A stretch of DNA of 64,000 nucleotides from Octopus bimaculoides (taxonomy: Eukaryota), in assembly GCF_001194135.2 (NCBI RefSeq), contig NC_068982.1, positions 129,628,771 to 129,692,770 of the forward strand, read 5' to 3'. Made by a program: the position numbers and the translations under genes. The notes under the pieces were generated by a model that saw only the letters and a list, made by a program, of their open reading frames with translations, was not told the origin of the DNA and searched no databases. Positions 51,364-60,800 of this stretch are shown piece by piece. The first letter of the stretch is position 1. Each line of letters opens with the position of its first letter.

Positions 51364-54300
51364 TTTGAATTTTGTTCACAGACCCCCAGTACTACCTTTG
51401 CAGACCACCAGGGGTCCCTGGACCACAAGTAGGGAACCACTGAAATAGGCCATAGTGAGATTTGAACCCAAAACACAAAGAGTCAGAACAAATACTATAA
51501 GAAATCCAGTCTGACAGTTCTAGTAATCCATCTCTTTGGTTTTGGGTATATTTATATCAACGCTGAAAGGATGCAAGGCAAATTGACCTCAAATACTTGC
51601 AGGAGTCATCATCATTTAATGACCATTGTCCATGCTGGCATGGGTTGGACAGTTTGACCAGGATGGCATGCTGGAAGGCTGCACCAGACTCCGATGAACT
51701 TAGAAAAGAAAAACTTTTTACAGGTCTCAACCACTAACTTTCACAGTTCCTTTGAACTTTGTAATAACCCTGTTGACATACAATGAAAATATTTTTTATT
51801 ATGCTGTTTTGCACAATATTTAGCAAGAAATTTTATGGCTACACTGCTTTCTTACATAAACAAGCACTTTTGAAGACCAGTTTTATTTAACATAACACTG
51901 AGAAACTCTTTTTCATAACTTCCTGTTAGCGAGACAAGTATTAGAAAAGTTCACCTATTTTTAGTTTCTTTACATTTCATTGCAGCTTGAGTGAGAAAAT
52001 GTCAAAACAGACCCAATGACTTTATTATGAACAAAAGCAAAATGAACAATTGTCAAATTTTATATCTTTATAAATTTATTAAACACTTTATATTATTGTA
52101 TCATGATTAGCCTTTCTAAAAGTAAATTATACTTAGGGCCGAGATAGGATGTTATCCTCTAACACAAGTAGAAAATTTTTAATTTCTCTTAAAATGAAAT
52201 CTAATTCTCCATTTACAAGTTGCACAATCAGTTCCACATTGTCTGAGTATGTTTAAGTGAAACAGTTAAAGAATTGCTTTTCAGGTAAAAAAAAATTAAA
52301 TGTCTAAGAAAAAAAAGAACTACAGCAATCACTTGCCATCCAAAATGACTTGGTAGCATGTAACATGCTTTTGTTAATAACTTTAAATGCCTGTGTAGTT
52401 GTGATCTGGCACAGACATCCTCTCGGCCCTCCTACCATTGACCAAACAGATCATTCAGGATATGACAGCTGGCAGGAGAGAGAATTGTGCCAGTACTAGA
52501 TTGGCCCTTTATCAACTTCAACAAGCTCAAAAGTAAAGTTGACTTTAGTGGGATCTGAACTTAGCACAAAGTCTACCTTAAGTGTCTATGATTGAGGGTA
52601 GAATGGGGAGTGTTAGCATAATTTTAGGAATGAAAATGTCTTTAACATATCTATACTACATTTGATTGGTTTGACCTCTGGCTGTCATCAAATATCTTAT
52701 TTTAAGTATGTGCATCAGACCAGACTGAATTCAGACCAGGAACTTTTATTTTTAAACTAATGATAATAGTACACTGCAGCCAAGAGAATTAGTTTAATAA
52801 GGTCAATACTTCATCTGCTTCACCATCATAACTCCTCAGTTCAAGGGACAAACACCAACAAATCATCTAGAATATTATAGAGCTAATTGCTTATTTTTAT
52901 TACATATATCACAAATTGATATACTTACCTTCAAAACCTCTGCTACTTCATAAGGATCAATTTTATTAGATTTTGACACTGGTATTCCAAGAAGCTGGCG
53001 TATTACATCCAGCAATGAGTCATCAAGTTTTAGCTGGGGATTCTCTAGGAGCTCATATAACAAGCCTTCACCAATCATGGAAACTTCAGGAAACATCTCT
53101 GCCTTAGGAATTAAATCTTCTGCAGAATGTTCCATCATTTCATAATTTAGATTATTCAATACATTTGTATGTAAAGCTTTAAGAGAATTTTGTTCTGTTG
53201 TATTAACATCTCTTTTCTCTCGGATTTTAAATGGTAAGTCCAATGAAGTTCCAAATAAAAGTTCATAGATCTAAATGAGAGAAATATAAAGCATTAGATA
53301 CAATAAATATTTCCAATCATTCTCAATAGGTTTATAATTATTGAAAATATTCTGCAAGACATAAAGGCAGCAAAAAAGGTTTTAATATTGTAATAAGTAG
53401 TAAAACATTCAAGAGGCTTCAAAGTTTGATGCTGACTCAGTTACGAATTAGAAAGATTATGACTAATGTATAAATTATAAAAAGTAAAATGACAACACTG
53501 AATGTTTTCATAACATGTCCTGGCTTTCTGGTCAGTAATTGTTTTGGCTTATGTAAAGGGAAAAACAAATCCTTCTTCAACAAATTAGTTCTTAAACTAG
53601 TGACTGCTTATTTGTTTTTCCTAACATACTAATAGGTTTCTAATTGATCTGTACACGCAAATATGAAAATAATATAATATACTAAAGAATAAAAATATCA
53701 AATAAATAAATAAAATGAAAACCTTAAAAGAATATCAATATAATAACTTGAAAAATGATTATGGTAAAAAATACGATTTCCAGTTTAATCAAACTATTAC
53801 AATAGATTCATAGCAGAAGAGTTCCATTGCTCCATACTTGGCACTTTTTATTCAGCATAGAATCAATATGAATGGGTGCTAAACATGCTCTCTATTTTCT
53901 CCATTTGTAATAAGCAGTACACATTGGCTATAACCATATTTTCTGGACCTTCTAATCTTTGATTGCTTCATCAGCATGGAGTATTTATAGATACATAAAG
54001 TATAATCATCATCATCATTTAACATCTACGTTCCATGCTGGCATAAGTTGGACGGTTTGACTGAAAACTGGTGGTGGGCACTGGGTTCCAATCTGATTTA
54101 GCAAGGTTTCTATGGCTGGATGTCCTTCCTAACACCATCCACTCCAAGAGTGTAATGGGTGTTTATGTGCCACTGGCACAGAATCAATGATGTTATAATC
54201 ATAATCGAGTCACAATATACATCCCAAATCCTTGACATTCTAGTTTACTTCCTGACTCACTAATCTGTTTGTGAATTGAGTACCAGTATACAGTTGATAT

Positions 54301-57300
54301 TATTCTTTGTGATTCCCAATATTGTATTTAAAGTAACAATTTTGCTCACTCACTGAGCTGTGTAAGGGGCTCCAAACATATAGTGTCTTCTGTTTATATG
54401 GGCTCATTTCTTCAAAATTCCTACTTTCAGAAATGAATTGCAGAAAGAGGTGTTCCCACTTTCTAGAAATTACATTACGGTGATTGTATACATTGATGAC
54501 AAATTGGTTTAGTGTTTCTGCAACACTATTTCATTATTCCATTCTCAATCAGTGAAAGATTTATTTCTGAAACCTTATATACCACTATGGTCAAATAAGA
54601 ATTAGACAAAATTATCAGATTTTTACACTATATGTAGTTTAATAAAGCTATTTAAGTATTAACAGCAACATTCTAATTACTTTCTCAATTCATTTATAAT
54701 GTCTTGGATAATATTGATATCAATTACTTACAATATTTATAAAGTTTTACAGAAGATATACAGGTAATGATAAGCATAAAATGAAAATTAGATTTTCTTG
54801 CTGAAAATTACCTTTTTAACATTAACGGAAGCATCCAGGATGCTTTCAGCTTCTTTGCTTGTTAATGACATGTTTTGCTCAAGAAAGTGCTCCAATTTAT
54901 TGGTGTTACTTAACACAGAATTAAGATGAAAATCTGAGAGAAAAAACAAAATGTATAGTAAAAACTACAAATTGAGGTTTATATATATATATATATATAT
55001 ATACATACATACAAACAGTTATATGATAAAAATAGATCATTTTTATGAACATAATAATTTTCATTAAATACTCTCTCAGTTTTTGCTATTGATATCACAG
55101 AAATAACAGTATAATTGTTTATCCAGATAATTGCTAAAAGCTATTTAAGATGTTGACATTAATAACTATGAAAAGTTATTTTAATCATGGATTAGAATTT
55201 TCTAATATACTTTTTAAAATTTATAAAAGACTGCTCAAGCATAAAATATTTCAGATTTCTAAAGTTAATTTAGAAAAGAATGGAAGATTTTGTTAAGAAC
55301 AAATGTGGGTGAACTCAACCATTGTCAGTTGGTTTCTCTGTAATATCAGTTACCATTCAAATGATCAACTTTGAATAACTTGGTATTTTTAAGTATTAAC
55401 ATTTATAAATGTTAATACTTTAAATTTAGTATATATACTTTTACAATAAAATCCTTTTATGTAATAGTAATATAAAATATTAAAAACTAAAGTTAAAAGA
55501 CTAAGCAAACCAAATGTCTTTCTGTAACAATTAGAAATAAGGTTTAACTGAAATTATAGTGACGATATTCACAAAGGTATATTGTAGAGAAGAATGGGCG
55601 GGGCATAAATGATTTGGTAATACATGACAATGAGCATGAAATTAATAGGTGATGACAGGTCCAACAGTTTTTATAGGAATAAAACCACCTAGTGTATGGT
55701 TAGAAGGTTATAGAGAAAGATTTTTGGTAGGCTAAAGTTTTCAGGAACAGTTTGATAATAAAACTATTTACCATAATGCCATTGATAAAATTAAGCAAAA
55801 ACATGTTTAATTCTATTTTTATTTAATCTATTATTAATAGAAAATATCAATAGCTTCAATAATGTTAATTGCTAGAAAATACAAATAGTTGTATCGTAAT
55901 ATATGCTTGTACCAATAACAGAAGTCATTTTGAAATACATTAATAATAGGTAGTGACAATTAAATGAAAAATCTCTCTTTATATTAACTATTTTCCTAAA
56001 CTCAATACACTTCTGAAATTGATTAAAATATTTAGATGAACTTGTGTAAATCTTAAATATTCAGAAATATTTTTTATATGGAAACAGAAAAAAAAAAATT
56101 ATTTCACAGATCAATATAAAATGTTTCTTCAGCTTCCAAAAAAGAATGACAGAATTCCTGAATATTGAAATTTTACACAAGTTCATCTAATTTTTAATCA
56201 TATTTTAACTGATTTCAGTTTATGAAAAAATATTGATTACAATGAATGGGATATTATTGCAGAAGTATAAAAATCAATACAACCAAATCAAAAAATGAAA
56301 ATGATTTACACTTTCTTGCAAGAGCTTAACATTGATTTTTATTCTATTAAAATAGAAAATAAATAACAATAATATTTTCAGATTTTGGCATCAGGCTAAC
56401 AATTTAAAGAGGAGTGGGTAAGTCAATTACATAAATCCCAGTGCTCAACTAGTACTTATTTTATCAGCCTCAAAAGGATGAAAGGCAAAGTAGGCATTGG
56501 CAAAATTTGAACACAGAACGTAAAAGGTTGAAAGAAATGCCATAACATATTTCCCAACATGTTAATAATTCTGCCAGTCACTGCTTTAGTAGTAGTACTA
56601 ATAATAATAATAATTCTTTCTACTGTTGACAGAAGGCCTGAAATTTGTGGAGAGGGGATTAGTCAAATATTTTGATACCAGTGCTCAATTGGTACTTATT
56701 AACCCCGAAAGGATGAAAGGCAAAGTTGACCTTGGCAGAATTTGAACTCAGAATGTAAAGATAAAGAACATTTAAGACAATGCTAAGAAAAGAACAGTAG
56801 GGATTTACATAAAAAGAATATAAACAATTGAAACAACAATTAACATGGAATTTAACAAATTCTCCAATTGAAGGGGAAAAACACCACCCAGGGGTAACCA
56901 AGGAATCCTGCAGATCTTGAGACACCTTACTCATCAGGAGTACCATGAAAAGTGCTCCTCCCACCTTCTTACTCAACTTAGAGCAGGCCCGTTCATTTGG
57001 ATCATCCTTATCACATTCACCCACTTTCCAACAAATTTACTGGAGAGCAGCACTTCCTTATCAACCCTCACTTTCCTTTTCAAATGGAATTTTAAAAAGT
57101 CAATGAGGACTTAGCCAAAGAGGAAAGTGTGTCTTCAGTCCTTTCAGTCTTATCCATCACAAAACCTTTCTTACCATAACCACCAGCAAAACAAAGGAAA
57201 ACTGCCTGCTTTTCCCAAACAAAGGAAAGCAACTCGGTAATCTTCAGAATGGAGTAAGTCAACAACCAGATCCATCCTACATGTGATAGCAACCGTTTGA

Positions 57301-57785
57301 TGTAACTCCACATATCAAACATTGTATGAGTGCATGCAGGATGGTTTTGTCACTCTGCATGCATCTCAAGCAGAAATCCCTAATGATATTACCATACCTG
57401 TGGAGTTTATCCCAAACAGGCTATGATACCCACAGTAGCACTGCCAGGTCAAGGATTTCTGGAAATTATCGATGGGCCCCAGCCTTAAAGTCTTCTGGAA
57501 TAGACCAGCCAGTTGATTTTCTGAATTGTTAACAGTTCCACCAATATATTTTTAATAATACTAATAATACTCCTTTATTCTAAGCACAAGGCCTGAAATT
57601 TTTTAAGGAAGGGCTCTAATGAATTACATTGACCCCAGTGCTCAACTTTGTACTTATTTTATCAACTACAAACGGAAGAGAGGCAAAGTCGACCTCAACA
57701 GAATTTGAACTCAAAACAATGATGAACAAAATGCCGCTAAGTATTTTGTCTAGTGTGCTATAATGATTCTGCCAACCCACCACCT

Positions 57786-57819
<34 letters not shown>

Positions 57820-60800
57820 AATAATGATAGATGCCACGACAATATAGCCAGGCTTGTCCATTGGACACTTTGCAACAAGTATGGACTTGACAGAGCAAAA
57901 AAATTGGTACGACCACAAACCTGAAGGCAATAGAAATGCAAAGATCTTATGGGATTTTATGATTCAGTGCGACCATGAGATTGAGAATAGGAAGCCAGAC
58001 ATAGTCTTGAGAAAGAAAACAAACTATGCTGGATCATAGATATAGCATGCCCAGCTGACAACAAGGTATGTGATAAGGAAGAAAGAAAAGTTGAGAGATA
58101 TGACAGGTTAGCTTGGGAAGTTAAGCAGTTGTGGGCAATGAAAAAGGTAGCAGTAGTGCCAATAATTGTTGGAGCCCTGGGAACAGTGAGCAAGTACGTG
58201 GAACAAATAGGGGCTACAATAAGGGTGGAGCACTTGCAGAAAACAGCACTGCTTGGAACTGCTCGAATACTCCGGAAAGTGCTCAAAAAATAAGAGGTGT
58301 TACCTTAGTTCACTTGTAGTGAACAGCTGACACCATAGTACATCTTCAGTATTAGAAGCAGTACAAAGGCAATGATAATAATAATAATGAGGTCTGATTT
58401 AGATACAAAGCCAGTAATTTTGGGAGGTGGTGGGGTTAGTTAATACTATTGACAACAGCACTTAACTGAAACTTTATGGATGCAGGAAGAGGGGTGAAAT
58501 GAAAGGCAAAGTCAATCATGGCAGGATTTGAACTCAGTATGTAAAGAGCTGGAACAAATAACACAAAGTACTTTTTTCCAATGCTCAAATGATAATCTTC
58601 CCTTAGAAAGAGCACAGGTAAGTGCTCCAAGTTGAACTGTATAATTATTTACAGCTAGGTAGACAAATATCTCAATTTGTACTCAAAACCTATAGACTAA
58701 GTGACTGGTATTCTAAGCCGTCTGAATTAAACTAATAATTAATACCTTTATTAGTTGACACTAGAAACAAGATCATAGAGAGAAGCAAGACCTTTGTGTT
58801 TCTAGTAATTCAAACAGGTCAATATTGAGAGAGCAGCCTTAACTCAAAAATACACACACATCAAAATACAAATACATCAGTCATAAAAAAAAAAAAAAAA
58901 CAGCAACATTTTNNNNNNNNNNATTATAGAAAATAACGAATAGTAAGATTATAATGATGAAATAGAACTCGAGAACCCAGGTATTTGTAAATTTTCATGG
59001 ATTTTAATGAAAAGAAAAATATTTAAATATGATATTTCATAAATAGTCACAGCTAGGTAGCTTTTTTCAGAAAGCTTGTTGGGATTTAGAAACCTGATAG
59101 TTGAAATGTTTATGAAATAATATCAAGAGTAATTAAGTTAAGGAAATATGGAATAAGCTATGAATGATATGTTCGTATGGAAATGATCTTTAATCAATAT
59201 ACATTCATCATCATCATTTAATGTCTGTTGTCCATGCTGGCATTGGTTGGACGGTTTGACCAGGGTTGATGATGCGGAACCAGACTCCAGCCTGATTTGG
59301 CATGTTTTCTATGGCTGGATGCCCTTCCTAACACCAACCATTCTGAGAGTGTAATGGGTGCTTTTACACGCCACCAGTATATGTATAAGTGCCATTTGCA
59401 TGACATTGGTATCTGCCACGACTGCAATTTTGTTCAACTTGATGGATCTTCTCAAGCACAACATAATGCCAAAGGTCTCGATCATTGCCTCTGTGAGGCC
59501 CCAACACTTGAAAGGAACTCAGCAACTTTGCCTACATGAAGCCCAATGCTCAAAAGGAACTCGACCACTTTGCCGTTGTGAGGCCCAATGCTTAAAAGGA
59601 ACTCAGCCACTTTGCCTCCATGAAACTCAATGCTTGAACAGTGTTCTTTACATGCTACTGACATGGGTGCCAGTTATGTGACACCAACATTAGCCATGAC
59701 TATGATTTCACTTGGCTTGATGGGTCTTCTCAAGCATATCGCCAAAGGTCATGGTCACTAGTCATTGCCTCTGTGAAGCCCAAAGTTTGAAGATCATGCT
59801 TCACCACTTTGTCCTATGTCTTCATAGGTCTACCTCTACCATAGAGTCCCTCCACAGAGATCAGCACTTCTTTACATGGCTGTCCTCATCCATATGCATC
59901 ACATGACCATACCACTGCAGTTGTCTCTCTTGCACACCACATCTGATGCCTCTTATACCCAAGTTTTCTCTCAAGATGCTTACACACAGTCAAACAAGCA
60001 CACTGACATTGTACATCCAGCAAAGCATTTCTTTCAAGCCTACTAATGTCCTCGGCTGTCACAGCCCATGTTTCACTGCCATGTAGTATGGCTGATTGCA
60101 CACAGGCATCATACAATCTGCCTTTCACTTTGAGAGAGAGGCCCTTTGCTGCCAGCAGAGGTGGGAGCTCTCTGAATTTTTCCCAGCACTTTAAAAACAA
60201 GAGTAAATTTGAAATAAGCATTATCTTCAACAAATTATCATCCCCTATGGAGGGAGAGAGGAGTCACTCAGCTTGCTAAAAATAGCAGCCAAATTCTCTT
60301 GAAATTGAACGATGGATATACAAAAAGACGGTTACCTTAGGTCAGCAAATCTATGATCAAAAGTGCACAAACTGCAAGTAACCCATCTTTTATTCAGCTT
60401 GTATCAAGAATTACACTGTCCTTTCCTAAAGGCCATAGGATCTAATTTGAAGGATATATTGCTGTTATTTCAAGCAAGCCAAGCAACCACATAAAGACTT
60501 TCATTAATGTTTCTATATCAGGGCCTAATTTTAAAAATTCAAACATTTTTTGAGCTCCTTGTGATTCAGATATAGGTTTTCTTGTTGTTCACACATATAT
60601 GCATTATCATCACATTATTACACTCAGTATTGGCCCAAAATAAAAATTATAACAAATATAAATCTACAATATTTCTCCGATATAATATATATACATTTTT
60701 CACCAACAGGCTTCCTCCTACTCCTCTTGCCTGTTCAGTACTTCTATTCATTGTCCCATGTCACTCATGTAATGACGGAAAACATTAGATCAGTTCACAT

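Noticed and set aside
52330-52470. GC-richer segment after a good minus-strand acceptor (tctctcctgccag)
   Set aside because: Stops in all three frames, and exon 3 joins exon 4 in frame without it.
53920-53980. CTGATGA...GAAA on the minus strand as a hammerhead
   Set aside because: No stem II pairing between the core motifs and no stem I/III.
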